63,757 nt of DNA, filler included, from Octopus bimaculoides (GCF_001194135.2; 6 parts of 4 records of this genome joined end to end with filler, not necessarily neighbours in it), one strand, 5' to 3'. Positions 10,776 to 23,559 are shown, counted from the first letter of the whole stretch. Translations and numbers: made by a program. The notes: a model not told the origin generated them from the letters alone.

Positions 10776-11699
10776 TTAAAAAACCTCTTCCTATTGAACC
10801 ACCCATAAACACCAATAAATAATTTCTTTGGTTATACTTCATCTACCCATTGTCTTGGTTCAATTTTTAGATTGAAATATATCAACCAAGGTATATACCA
10901 ACTTTATTTTATTGGTTTTTCATTGGACATAAAACTCAATATTTTTATATGTGAATCACTTATGTTGTTGATTACCCCAAGTCAGCCCTGACTGAGCAGA
11001 CATGATTAAAAGTATTCCAGCCATGAACTTCTAATCTTATTGGCTTTTCCTTCAGAATTGATATATAGAGGATTAGGAACTGATGTAGCTGTGTAGTTAA
11101 GAAGCTTGCTTCCTAACCATGTGGTTCAGTCCCACTGCATTGCACTTTGGGTAACTCTCATTTAGTATAGCCTTGAGTCAACCCAAGCCTTGACATCTCA
11201 TATGAAATGTAGCAAAAATCAGTGCTGGCTATAATCTCTATGGAATATCTGTTGAAATAGCTATATCAAAATAATGTAAATTGCACTACTAATGCAGTAG
11301 AACATGGTATTGACTTGTAAAAAAATATACTTTATAGTATATTATGGTTGCATAATGAAGTACCACATACCTATAAATCATTAGTATTCCGGCTTTACAT
11401 TCTATGTTCAAATTCTGCTAAAGTTGACTTTGTCTTTCATTTTTTGGGGTCAATAAAATAAGTACAAGTTGATCACAGATAAAATTGCTGGCCTGGTACC
11501 AAAGTTGGAAAGAATTATTATTGTAATTAATATTGTTAATATTGTTATTGTTGTTAACTCATTACAGGATTAGGATTTTAAAATTTATTTCTGCCACATT
11601 CTGAGCAGTTTCAGCTCCTAGATTTTCCAGGAAATATAGTTCTATGTCATGGCTGTAAGTAGTATATCTATCATTTCCTTTTATTTTATTCTTTGCCAG

Positions 11700-11790
11700 A
11701 ATATGAAGAACCACCATGGACATCTTCAAACATTAGCATTATGCTATCTGACAAGAATTATGAGATGGACATTCACTTTAGTCTACACAG
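11700..11790 (+). CDS. Candidate internal coding exon of an unidentified host gene (91 bp)
   Basis: Long polypyrimidine acceptor (tttccttttattttattctttgccag) and AG|GTATGA donor; open as (E)YEEPPWTSSNISIMLSDKNYEMDIHFSLH(R), with a second frame also open; non-repetitive and inside the CpG-depleted block. Confidence 0.45.
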
Positions 11791-12004
11791 GTATGAAATT
11801 TTTGTCCTATAACTTTAATTACTTTTACATTGTACTTGATATTTTGAATCCTGTTTTCAAAATGTATTTTGCTTTTGCATGTATTTGGAACTTTAGTGTA
11901 TATTGCAGCACTGTTGTACAAACTTTGCAATACGAAACCCAGGTAAAATATATAAATAAGTGTGTGTGCATGCGCATTATAATATTTGTGTCTATATATT
12001 ACAT

Positions 12005-12846
12005 CCCCCACACCCTGAACTACTTCCATTTTTTATCATCCTTGCCCACACTACTTCTACCAATAATCTCCTTCCTCTGTCTTCAACCACTGCTCTCTCA
12101 CTTCTAGTATACTCCATTCTTAACACCTCTTATCTGCTATCATTCTCAATGCTGTCTCATATATATCATCATGCCTCACTTACTATAGTCCCTTGTATAT
12201 CTCCCTCTTCACAGCTCTTACACTTTGCACATCATCCCACTACTTTCTCATCTATTCTCTTTTTTGATCCACTTCTATATCTCCCAACTTAATCCTCTCC
12301 ATACTGGAATTTCCCTTCAACTGCACCTCTACCCCCCACCTTTAACCATCTATTATTCCTTCCACTCTCACTCACTCCCTGACCTACTGCCCATATCCTT
12401 TTTTATGCGTAGCCTCTTGTACCTTGACAGTTTGCTCCAACATCCCATCACTACCTTCCTTTTGTCTTCCTCAGCCATGCATCTCCTCCATAGCAAGACA
12501 CCTGTGCTTGTTCCTCTGTCATTCTCAGTCTTTCAACACCTGCCACCCACTGCCATCTTACCCTCTCAAATATTCCACTTTTTATAGTGGGAACTATTTT
12601 CTCCCCCCCCCCCCCCCTGTTCTTTTTTTCTGCCCTGCAAGTAACACTGCACCTCAGAGGCTTGAAAAAAGCACCCGGTACACTATGTAAAATAGTTTGT
12701 GTTATGACGGGCATCCAGCCATAAAAAAACATGCTGAAACTGACAGAACTCAGTGTGGCCTTCCAGGTTGCCAGTACTTGTCAAACTGTCCAACTCATGC
12801 CAGCATGGAAAATGGACATGAAATTATGATGATGATGATGATGATG
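12005..12846 (+). mobile_element. 5'-truncated RTE copy (pyrimidine-rich 3' UTR plus (GAT)n tail)
   Basis: Aligns by eye to the reverse complement of 12881-13640; ends ...tgccagcatggaaaatggacatgaaattatgatgatg, like the 8131-9861 element. Confidence 0.75.
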
Positions 12847-12880
12847 AAATGTGTGTGTGTGTGTATGCATGTATGTATGT

Positions 12881-15235
12881 ATCATCATCATTTAACGTCC
12901 ATTTTCCCTCATGGCATGGGTCAGACTGTTTGACAAGAGCTAGCAAGCCAGAAAATTGCACCAAGCTCTATTGTCTGCTTTAGCAAGGTTACTATGATTG
13001 GATGCTCTTCCTAATGCCAGCCAATCTACAGAGTGTATTGAGTGCTTTTTACGTGGCACCAGCACTGGCAGGATTACCAAGTAACTTGCAAAACGAAGAC
13101 CCATCAACTAGGAGGAGGAGTAGTATTGAGAGAGGTGGCTTTGTGCCAGGTGATGAGAGGTTAACAAAATAAGAGGAATAGAGGTAAGGGTCTTACTGTA
13201 GAATAAAAACAAGGATACACTATTTGGAAGAGAATGGAGGGAAAGTGACTTAGAGAGAAAGATAGAGGAGAGAGAGATGGTGATGGTGACAGGTCATGAC
13301 ATACCCTCAAAGTACAGTTTGGGGTGAATATAGGTGAAGTGATACAGAGGATGTAGCTGAGTGGGTAGAGGGGGAAGTTTCATTAGAATGCTGGAAGAGA
13401 CGGTTTGAGGTGGGCTAGAGATGAATGTAGTAAACGATGGTGAGAGATACAAGAGTGGCTCAATGGGAATGGGGTGTGTTATGGGTAGATATGTGAGGGC
13501 ATTGAGAGTGATAAGAGAGACATTAAAGATGGAGTAAAGCAGAGGGGAGAGAGCAGTGGCTGAAGGCACAAACAGGAGATGATTGGTGGATCCAGCGGGT
13601 AGGGAAGATAATTATAAATGGAAGTGGTTCTGGGATGAGGAAGGTAACCAAGAGGAGGGGATGAAGTATGATGTCTATTCTGCTCTCAGGTGATTATGGT
13701 AGCCAAATAATACCATAGATAAAGAAGAGATGTAGGAAAGAAGGTTGATGGGGCAGAGAGAATGCTGTAGCGGACAGGTTTTCTTGAGCACAGCAAAGTG
13801 CCAGACATTGCAAACCTTCATCATCTCCTTAACACAAATTATCTACTACTCTAGAGAGCCTCTGGGGAATTTGAGAAAATCAATTTTATGTGTATGTGTA
13901 GCCTTAATGATTCTTGTGCATCTTCCAGACACAAAGACTACTTCTTCTGTTAACCTTCTTGTGATTCCATTGTACCTCTTGTGTGTTCACAGCTTGCACT
14001 GGGTACACCAGATGGAATTCTTACCTACACTTTTCCTAGGTATTGAGCAAAGCCATTAACCTGATTGTTTTTATTTTTGCTTACTAGATCCTTAGTCTTT
14101 GTTAACTCAGCATCTTGAGATCAGCCTTCAATACTTTGTACCATGTCTCTTCCTGGGTCTCCTTCTTCCACAAGTTCCATCCTCTTTAAGCGAATATCCA
14201 TATGCATCATATAACCAGACCAGCACAGCAGTCTTTTCTCTTGTACACTGCATCTAATTATTATTCAGCCTAACTTTTTTGCTCAATACACTAATACTTT
14301 GTCATACATGTACTCTGACATTGTACATCCAACAGCACACACCTGCATTTAGGGCCCATTTCTCACTGTTATGTAACATTGTTGTTTGTACACAAGCATC
14401 ATACAGTCTTCCTCACTCAGAGAGGGAAGAGAGAAAGAGAGAGAGAGAGAGACCTTTGGTTGCCAACAGAGGTAAAAGTTTTCTGAATTTTCTCCATCAA
14501 ATTCTTATTCTAGCAATTACCCTTTCAGAACATCCTCTTCTACTGCTAATTTGGTCACTCAGGTAACACAAATTATCTACTACCTCTAGAGAGCCTCTGG
14601 GGCATTTGAGAAAACCAATTTTATGGCTCCTGTGCATCTTCCAAACACAAAGACTACTTTTTCTGTTGACCTGCCTGTGATTCCACTGCACTTCTTGTGT
14701 GTCCATTGTTTGCACTGGGTACACTGAATAGAATTCCTGCCTACACCTTTCCTAGGTATTGGACAGAGCCATTAACCTGACTGTTTTTATTTTTGCTTAC
14801 TAGAACCTTAGTCTTTGTTAACTTTAAGGTCATTCAATTCTAAATTTTTCTTCCACTCCTGGAATTTCTTCTCTAGTTCCGTTAAAGATTCTGCTATAAG
14901 AACAAGATCATCAGGATATAGTAGTTCCCATGGACAACCAGTCTTAAATTCCTTTGATGATAACTAGGAGGGGGCTGAGAACCAAGCCCTGATGGACACA
15001 AGTCATTCTTCTATCCCTAGCTTCCTCAGAGATGACTATTTACACAAAGCTAGGTACTCTGTTGAAGGTTTTCTCCGGGTCAACAAATGCCAAGTACAAT
15101 GGTTTATTCTTTGCTAAATACTTCTCTTACAGTTGCCTTATTATGAAGATATCATCAGTAGTGCTTCTCCCTGGGACAAAGCCAAAATGCATTTCATCTC
15201 ATTTAATTCTGTTCCTAATTAATTGGGCTATAACT
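12881..15235 (-). mobile_element. RTE-clade LINE, 5'-truncated, internally rearranged
   Basis: Minus translations DEMHFGFVPGRSTTDDIFIIRQL, YLAFVDPEKTFNRVP, RKGVGRNSIQCTQCKQWTHKKCSG, GRLYDACVQ and VWHFAVLKKT; long 3' UTR ending in (GAT)n at 12881. Confidence 0.85.
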
Positions 15236-15287
15236 CTCTCTCTAACTTTCATCAATTTGATGCCTCTATACTTACTTCTATCTAAAG

Positions 15288-15346
15288 CAGTGGTTCTCAA
15301 CTGGAGTCCAAACAAGATTTTGTTAAAATTTATCTCCAATTGCTTA
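15288..15346 (+). mobile_element. Left end of hAT (Charlie-like) MITE, interrupted by maT insertion
   Basis: CAGTGGTTCTCAAC terminus preceded by atctaaag, fitting the NTCTARAN Charlie target consensus; other end not seen. Confidence 0.45.
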
Positions 15347-15348
15347 TA

Positions 15349-16586
15349 CAGGGTGTCCCAGAAAGATTTACCCATTGATATTTCTTAATTATTCAAAATA
15401 AACTTAAGGTAGGAAAATGAAATTTGGCACACATGTTCTAATGTAAATTGTCAATTCATTGCAGTAATTACATTTCAAAATGACCACCTTTTATCTTGAT
15501 CATAGCCTGCAAATGAGTAGTCACTGAGTTGCATGAGTGCTGTACCACCTCTTCATCCAACTTGACCCATGAAGACAGAAGAGTTTTCTTCAAATCTGAC
15601 ACATTTGAATAGGAGTGAACAGAAACATTACTCTCTAAGATGGACCAGATAGCAAAGTCCATGGGATTGATGTCTGGACTTGAGGAAGGCCATATCGTCT
15701 TGTTCCAAAAACCACTGAAATGCTCTTTGTACCACCTCTGTGTCAAATTGGATATGTGGGCTGGAACCCCATCTTGAAAATGTAAGTCACCAAAAGTTTC
15801 TATGATGCAGGGTAACACTTTCTCATCCAACATTTCCACATAAATTTCGCTGTTGACCTTGATGCCAGCATCAAGGAAGACTTGGACCCATCAGATGCAA
15901 CTGTGGCTCACACCATGAGTGAAGCGGGCTTCTGACAGGGTAAATGACTTCTACTACCTTCAGTAAGTTTCCTGCATTACGTGCATAAAGCCTGTCATGC
16001 TGCCTGTTGGTAACAGCCTCCACAGTGAAGATCTTGTTGGACCAGATCAACACTTTGTTAGTGGCACGCTTCATCTCAGCTAAAATGATTTTACTCCTGT
16101 CAACCTCTTTCTTCTTGGAAGTTGCTGAAATTAATTGCTGGGATTGTTTCTTGTATGCAGTTAGCTTTAAATCGTCTTTAAAAATCCTGTGCATTGACGA
16201 TTTTGAAATATCAAGATCTTTTGCAGTTTTTCTCGCACTCACTTCTTCACAACTTCAATAGTGTGTTTGGTATGAATTGATCGTTTTCTACCAGGAATTG
16301 GCTTACTAGAGGTAGTAATGGACTCCATATATTGTTTCCAGGTATTGAACATTGTTTTATGACACACATTCAACTGTTTTGTTGTCCTTGTTGCTCACTC
16401 CAGCTGTTTTCAAAGCGACAATCTGGACACGTTTTGCTTTTGACACCATGTTATAAATGAATGAAACAATAGATACATGAACAAAAGACATATGCAAAGC
16501 TTTATGTAAAATGTAGATGATATCATCTGAACCAATATTTTTTAGGAAGAGTCATAAACATGGGCAAATCTTTTTGAGACACCCTG
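15349..16586 (-). mobile_element. Full-length Tc1/mariner transposon, DD37D (maT) family, inactive
   Basis: 28-bp TIRs cagggtgtcccagaaagatttacccatt / rc cagggtgtctcaaaaagatttgcccatg (4 mismatches); TA at 15347-48 and 16587-88; 1238 bp. Confidence 0.92.
15468..16449 (-). pseudogene. DD37D transposase, frameshifted
   Basis: Starts MVSKAKRVQIVAL; HTH-like SARKTAKDLDISKSSMHRIFKDDLKL; FQDGVPAH...WPSSSPDINPMD with 37 residues between the last two Asp; ends KGGHFEM; split over several ORFs. Confidence 0.88.
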
Positions 16587-17450
16587 TACAATACACAAAA
16601 TATTTTAATAATTATTTTTATACAATTCCTAATAATGTTTGATTATANNNNNNNNNNNNNNNNNNNNNNNNNNNNNNNNNNNNNNNNNNNNTTAATTAAT
16701 TAANNNNNNNNNNNNNNNNNNNNNNNNNNNNNNNNNNNNNNNNNNNNTATATATATATATATATATATGTAAACATACATATATATGTTATATATATGTG
16801 TGTGTGTGTGTACAGTCTCACTCGTAAAATATATTTATATATTTAATATATATAACAATATGCATGTATGTATTCGTGTATGTATGTACGTGTATGTGCA
16901 TCGTATACATTATACGCACACATACGGTAATGTATATATATTATTATATGTATATATATATTCATATGTGTGTGTGTGAGTGTGTGTAAGTATATTTGTG
17001 TGCGTATGTGTATTACGTGTGTGCATCTTTGCAGACATACGTGTAGCTCCATACGTGTACATATACATATGAAAGCCTATATACACCACAAACACACACA
17101 TATGTATATATGTAGGCATGCATTTATGCATGCAAAACGTAAAATACATACACCTATTTAATACAGTTCATGAACACTAGAAAGACTGGAGAAAGAAAAG
17201 AATGAATGCAGGGAAAAAAAGGAAGGAATGCGTGAGGGAAGGAAGTTTAAAAAAAGGGACGTAATATGTAGCTTGTAATTTATGGGAGAAATGAGAAATG
17301 AAGCAGCTGAAAGAAAGAGGAAAATATGGGTACGGTTGAGGGCGTGTGAATATGAATGGAAAGGTAACAAGGTAGAAACCTATGAATGAATTTATCGTTG
17401 TCTATCTCTCGAAATGTACGTACGAACATGTATGTATGTATGTATGTATG

Positions 17451-17499
<49 letters not shown>

Positions 17500-17913
17500 A
17501 GAGTGTTAGGTGTGATGTACAGAAGTAAATATTGAAAAAAAAAAGTCGTCAGAATTTTGGAATAACTTCTTTCATTTATTTTATANNNNNNNNNNNNNNN
17601 NNNNNNNNNNNNNNNNNNNNNNNNNNNNNNNNNNNNNNNNNNNNNNNNNNNNNNNNNNNNNNNNNNNNNNNNNNNNNNNNNNNNNNNNNNNNNNNNNNNN
17701 NNNNNNNNNNNNNNNNNNNNNNNNNNNNNNNNNNNNNNNNNNNNNNNNNNNNNNNNNNNNNNNNNNNNNNNNNNNNNNNNNNNNNNNNNNNNNNNNNNNN
17801 NNNNNNNNNNNNNNNNNNNNNNNNNNNNNNNNNNNNNNNNNNNNNNNNNNNNNNNNNNNNNNNNNNNNNNNNNNNNNNNNNNNNNNNNNNNNNNNNNNNN
17901 NNNNNNNNNNATA

Positions 17914-17954
<41 letters not shown>

Positions 17955-18096
17955 TTATCAAAGTAGGTATCTAAGTGAAGTCTTGGGTATGTTCCTAGAA
18001 GTGAGCCGATGAAACACGTTTGCTGCAGATGGCTACCAGACGGTATTAATACTATTATCGCTGGAACTACATCGGAGATTCCTCAGTGTACGGAGA

Positions 18097-18502
18097 GTAT
18101 ATAGCAAATGATAAGAATGGAAATTGGAATATACGAAAAACTTTATTGCTCACAACGACCGTTACGACGCATCTTCCATCGATCCCTCGCGGGTAGGATA
18201 CTGTGCAAATGGTTGTGGTGCATTCCTCGGTGCAGAAGCATCTCCCCAGGTGATGTTATAAGGAGTTTAAACATAGAATCAGAAGCAAAATGCTGTATTA
18301 AAACCGAGGGAAACAGAGTTTATTTAACGAGATACCCATTATAAAATCACCGGAGGAGGAGTGTTTGCACCGAAGGATGCATTAAAACCAGTTGTACAGT
18401 ATCCCACCTGCGAGGGGTTCGTTGCAGGATGCGTCGAAACAATCGTAGTGAGCAATAAAATTCCGCGTATATTCAATTTTCTGTCTCTGTCATTTGTTAT
18501 AC
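18097..18502. repeat. Foldback element: ~165-bp imperfect inverted arms with ~70-bp spacer
   Basis: 18097-18263 aligns with the reverse complement of 18336-18502 (e.g. tttattgctcac.acga..gtt.cgacgcatc...ccctcgc.ggt.ggatactgt.caa.tggtt), roughly three quarters identical by eye. Confidence 0.85.
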
Positions 18503-18750
18503 ATACATACATGCATGCATACATACATGCATGCATGCATACATGCATGCATACATACATACATACATACGTATATGATGGACTCTCCCGTCGTTAGACG
18601 ACGTATGAGAACTCTATAATTTCTTACCGAACAACCACATAAATGATATATTTATAGTTATCAAACGTTTGTGTGAATATAAGCTCACTCCCTCCACATA
18701 TATATATATTTATACATCTATGTATATATATATATAAATAATACAGAATG

Positions 18751-18811
<61 letters not shown>

Positions 18812-19207
18812 CATACATATATGTATGCATAGACATATACATATATACACACACGCACATATACATACATACATACCTATATACATACCTATATACACAT
18901 ACACACACACATATGTCGGTATATATAAATACATGGTGTGCGCGCAAGTGATGTGTTTGCCTGTGTTTTAGTAGTAGATTGAAAATATTTATCGTCATTT
19001 CATTTACAATCAACTTTCATATTTTTGTATTTAACTCAAGTAACAACCCGCATCTTACATTCTCATATTCCACATACATATGCCATGTATGTGGAATATT
19101 ATTTATTCCCGCATACCATATTGTTTTTCTCGGAATAAATGCTGTATATATTATGTTCGTTAGTTCCAAGTTCTGTGAACTAAACGTATATATTATTGAA
19201 TCAGACC

Positions 19208-19365
19208 AATGCAGCGAGCTTGACAGAATCATTTGCACACCGGATAAAATGCATAGCGACATTTCACATGTCTTTAGGTTCTGAGATCAAATCCCGCCGA
19301 GATCGACTTTGCTTTTCATCCTTTCGACGTCGATAAAATAATTATTGGTTGAACACTGAGAATCT
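19208..19365 (+). mobile_element. Nin/Deu-like SINE
   Basis: gcagcgagcttgacagaatc...gagatcaaatcccgccgagatcgactttgcttttcatcctttcgacgtcgataaaat; CpGs retained. Confidence 0.8.
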
Positions 19366-20504
19366 CACGACGTACATGCATCTAATATGATACATATTCC
19401 CAATTTTTCCAACCATCAGAAGAACTTAGGACTTATGAAAAGAAAGCGTTATATTAACCAGAACCTATGAAGGCAAGGCAAGTTAAGAGTCAGAATACAT
19501 GCATGGCTTTATGGACAAAACCATGAAAATGCATTGCACAGGCTAGGATTCATTATATTATAGTAGACGTGCGAAAGTTGTGGTGCAAGTAAACGCACGC
19601 TTAGATCGATTCAAATATTTGAACTGATCTATATTTGACCGGCATAAAGGCCGTAATAACTGCTCTTTGCCGTTGAGAAAAATTCTTCGCTTTAGGCAAG
19701 TGTTGAATATATTTTTGTAAAAGTGTGGCATTTATGGAGTGGCTCTCAACATTCAGTGAAATAGCAAAATTCTCTCATTCACTATGACATTTAATTCCTG
19801 CTTCAATGTCTTAAATAATTCTCTTCATTTTATTATTATTTTTTTTTTCGACTTGCATTGTATATCGCATCACGCACCAATCCACCAGTGTAACACAACA
19901 CACTAATGCGGTCAAAAAGAAAATCAAAGCATCTGAAGTAAAGAATTTTGAAATTCATAATAATATATGCCTTTATTTATTTACAAATACGTTGTTTTAG
20001 CATGTTAGGCCTTGAAATGGGATGTCATTTTTCAACACCATCATTAAAAAATATTGTTAAATTATTTATTAATCTTAAAAAATTAAATTCATTTGTAAAA
20101 GTAAAAAAAGAAAAAGTAAGGTTGTTTGAAAATTTTCGGCAAAGAAATTTTGAATGGAAATGTATGTATGTCCCGTGACAAAAGTTTAAGATGATTTAAA
20201 GGACCAAATATATATTATAAGATGTAATGATGTATAAAAGTCAAGTACATTTTGAAAAGATGCAATTTCCTAGCTGTCGTTTCATTTCATCATGCCACAA
20301 AAATTCGAGAATATAAGATTATTCGTTTCGGTAATTCAGGAAAACCAAGTTTATTTCTTTTTACATTCCCCTATTTCTGTTATGCTGCTTTCACATATGC
20401 ACACAAAAGGTTGGTTACCTAAAATAATGACGTAATTAATAATTATACTTACATGTTTGGTGCGTACATTCATGATAGGAAAAAAATCTTTGCTCGAAGG
20501 TACA

Positions 20505-20661
20505 TGCATAACTATGTGGCTAAGAAGTTCGCATTGCAACTACGCAGTTTCGTGTTCAGTCCCACTGCGCGTCGCCTGAAGCAAGTGTCTTCTATTATAG
20601 CTCAAGTCAATCCATGCCTTGTGGATGAAGTTGGTAGACAGAAAATGTGCGGAAGCCCGTC

Positions 20662-20718
<57 letters not shown>

Positions 20719-20905
20719 GCTATCTATCTATCTATCTGCATGCATACATACACCCGTAATTTAGCGGTTCGATAAAACAGACAAATAGAATAAGCACCAT
20801 GTTTAAAAAATAAAAATAAATACTAAATTTGATTCATCCGACTATAATTCTTCAAAGTGGTGCCCCAGCATGGCCTCAATCTACTGACTAAAACAGATAA
20901 AACAA
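20505..20905 (+). mobile_element. CORE-like SINE with internal (TCTA)n and 3' tail
   Basis: Head tgtggctaagaagttcgc...gttcagtccc, CORE-like gcaagtgtcttcta, tail gtggtgccccagcatggcc...gactaaaac. Confidence 0.8.
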
Positions 20906-21149
20906 AAAAAGTAGAAGGTAATGATAATAGTTCCTAATTTAGGTTCTTGGCCAGCAATATGAGGGGGCCGAAATGGGAATTAAAATGTTGCCAGAACTTG
21001 TTTGGTATTGTCTTTAAACGAAGCATAAAACTATAAAGCAAAGTTGACATCGACGGAATTTGAACTCACAAAATAAAGCTAGAATAAATAACCATGAAAC
21101 AGTTTGTCTGATACTCTAACGATCCTAATTGATTGGAATGGATTAAATT

Positions 21150-21230
21150 GGCTTACCTATGTTAAGTCCACTGCAGGACGAAGGCCTCAGCTTGTTCTCT
21201 CCACCAACCACGGCTTGGCGTGGGGGCCGT
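21150..21230 (-). mobile_element. Short 3' end of an RTE-type LINE (different subfamily)
   Basis: Minus translation GWWREQAEAFVLQWT*, the typical RTE ORF2 terminus. Confidence 0.55.
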
Positions 21231-21351
21231 GAATTTATGCTCGTGATTATATTGGCTTGATGAGCCTACTCTGTCACACTGGCTCAACATGGCTTGGCAG
21301 AGGGGTGCAGTTGTTATACTCCTATCCAGCAGTAGTCAAGTCGATGTGAGT

Positions 21352-21729
21352 GGAGGCGCAATGGCCCAGCGGTTAGGGCAGCGGACTCGCAGTCGTAGGA
21401 TCGCGGTTTCGATTCCCAGACTGGGTGTTGTGAGTGTTTATTGAGCGAAAACACCTAAAGCTCCACGAGGCTCCGGCAGGGGATCGTGGTGAACCCTGCT
21501 GTTCTCTTTCACCATAACTTTCTTTCACTCTATCTTCCTGTTTCTGTTGTACCTGTATTTCAAAGGGCCAGCCTTGTCACACTGTGTCACGCTGAATCTC
21601 TCCCGAGAACTACGTTAAGGGTGCACGTGTCTGTGGAGTGCTCAGCCACTGGCACGTTAATTTCAAGAGCAGGCTGTTCCGTTGATCAGATCAACTGGAA
21701 TCCTCGTCGTCGTAACCGACGGAGTGCCA
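21352..21729 (+). mobile_element. tRNA-derived SINE, third family, near full length
   Basis: tRNA-like head ggaggcgcaatggcccagcggttagggcagcggactcgc...ggtttcgattccc; 3' half homologous to the minus copy at 26305-26495. Confidence 0.8.
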
Positions 21730-22199
21730 AATTGAGGAGAATAGATGCCAACAACAAATCGATGTAATCGACCCCAGTGTTCAACTAGCACTTATTTACC
21801 ACTCTAAAAGATTAACAATAATAATTTCTGAAATAGGCACAAGGCCAGCTATTATGAAGGAGGTATTAGTCGATACCATCGGCTTCAGTGATTTCACTGG
21901 TACTTTATCTTATCAACTTCGGTGTAATGAAACAAAGTGGACCCAGGTGGTAATTGGACTCAGAAATGTACACATTCGGAATAGATACCGCAAGCCACTG
22001 AGTCTAAAGCTACTGAAACAGTAGGAGAATCCTAGAAGAAAAGGAAGTACAATAGACAAGCAGATGGAAAGAAATGGAACTGCACAACTAATTCATAGAA
22101 CAAACTAAGAATGATGGAATGCTGATCTGACTGACGGGCAGAAACATAAAACGGAGGCGGGTGGGGGGCTATAGCGTTAATTAATCAGCACTCATTACA

Positions 22200-22530
22200 A
22201 ATGTGCCATAGAGGTCGGAGGCAGAACTATCTCACAGGGTGCTTGATTTCTCCTTTGTTCATGTGAATTCAAGTGGTTGACAAATACAGTCCTTGAGATA
22301 ACTGTACTTCAATTCCAGTTGGATTCCTGAAGCCATTGCACTCAAGTCTTGCGTACAGCGTGGTGGTTTCAGAGCAGCGCGCTTCAGTCGCTTTGCTCAT
22401 AGAAATCAAATCTCATCATGACAATTTTGGTCTATGATTCCCAGGTTTACGCCAATGCCTTCAAGTTATCCAAATCTATCTCCAGAACTTTAAGATCGCT
22501 TCTTTGCAACATCCTTAAATCGCTTTGTTT
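22200..22530 (-). mobile_element. Decayed RTE (BovB-like) 3' fragment
   Basis: Broken minus translation with KRFKDV, DLKVLEIDLDN and VNHLNSHEQRR, resembling the RTE ORF2 end. Confidence 0.4.
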
Positions 22531-23559
22531 ACGCTGTAGCCTTTTACACATACATACATAATACATACATATATTTTTACGTTTTCAATTTATTTATGTA
22601 TATATATACATGNNNNNNNNNNTATACACTTTCCAGCATATGCATGCAATCGAAAATGTTCCTGATAACGTTTGAAACCGCAATCTAGAGCTATGCGTTG
22701 CGTTTAAATACAGTAAGATTGTTAGTATGAAAATAGTTACTATACATAAATGAAGGCATTCACACGCACAGGCGCATATATACAAACACGCACACAGGCA
22801 CACATACCAACATTAGGTTTGTGTATGAGTATGTATTTGCTTTATGATCTGTCTGTATGAGCATAAACATAAGTTGACTTCATAGCTGTCGCCATAAATT
22901 TAAAATAATATGTAAATAAATATATAGATTAAAAATGTTAAATATATAAGACAGTAGCTTTCTACTAAACCATTTTTGATAAGAGCATAATTTTCTTTTT
23001 ACCATGGATTTTTCTTGATAGGTACAACATTTGAGACAAACCGTATACGCACATATTTGCTTTAGCAGCCATGATGGGTTAGAAAGTATAACATAAATAA
23101 GCTTATAAAAACAACAGGAAGTTGGTTTGTTTGGAGAAGTGGCCGTGACAGTTCGTGGTGAAATTGCAATTTCGAAACAAATGTGATGTGATATATTACT
23201 TTTCTATATTGTTTTTGTAGTTGTTTATCTAAATTCTGCCCTGCTCCAGTAGGTCCATGATTAAAATCTTTCCAGCAATGGCCATCTTGTCTTTTCTTAG
23301 GTAATGATCTACGTATTTTAGTAACATGTCTTTCAAGTATTTTCAAGACAGCCGAGTGTAAATGGAGGGAGATTTGACTGCTATATTAAGCTGTTCGTGT
23401 AACTTTATAGTGGATCCTTCTCTGGTGTGAATTTTGTCCTCCTTTAAGAATGACCCTAACACTTACCTTAATACTTTAAAGATTGACTAAATAGGATAAT
23501 TAATTTCTTTTTCAGATATAAACAACTTGCGACAATTATTGTTTTATCATTTCGGCGTT

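Noticed and set aside
21352-21425. Possible tRNA gene
   Set aside because: A and B boxes present, but no convincing acceptor stem or T-run terminator, and it continues into a body repeated at 26305; it is a SINE head.
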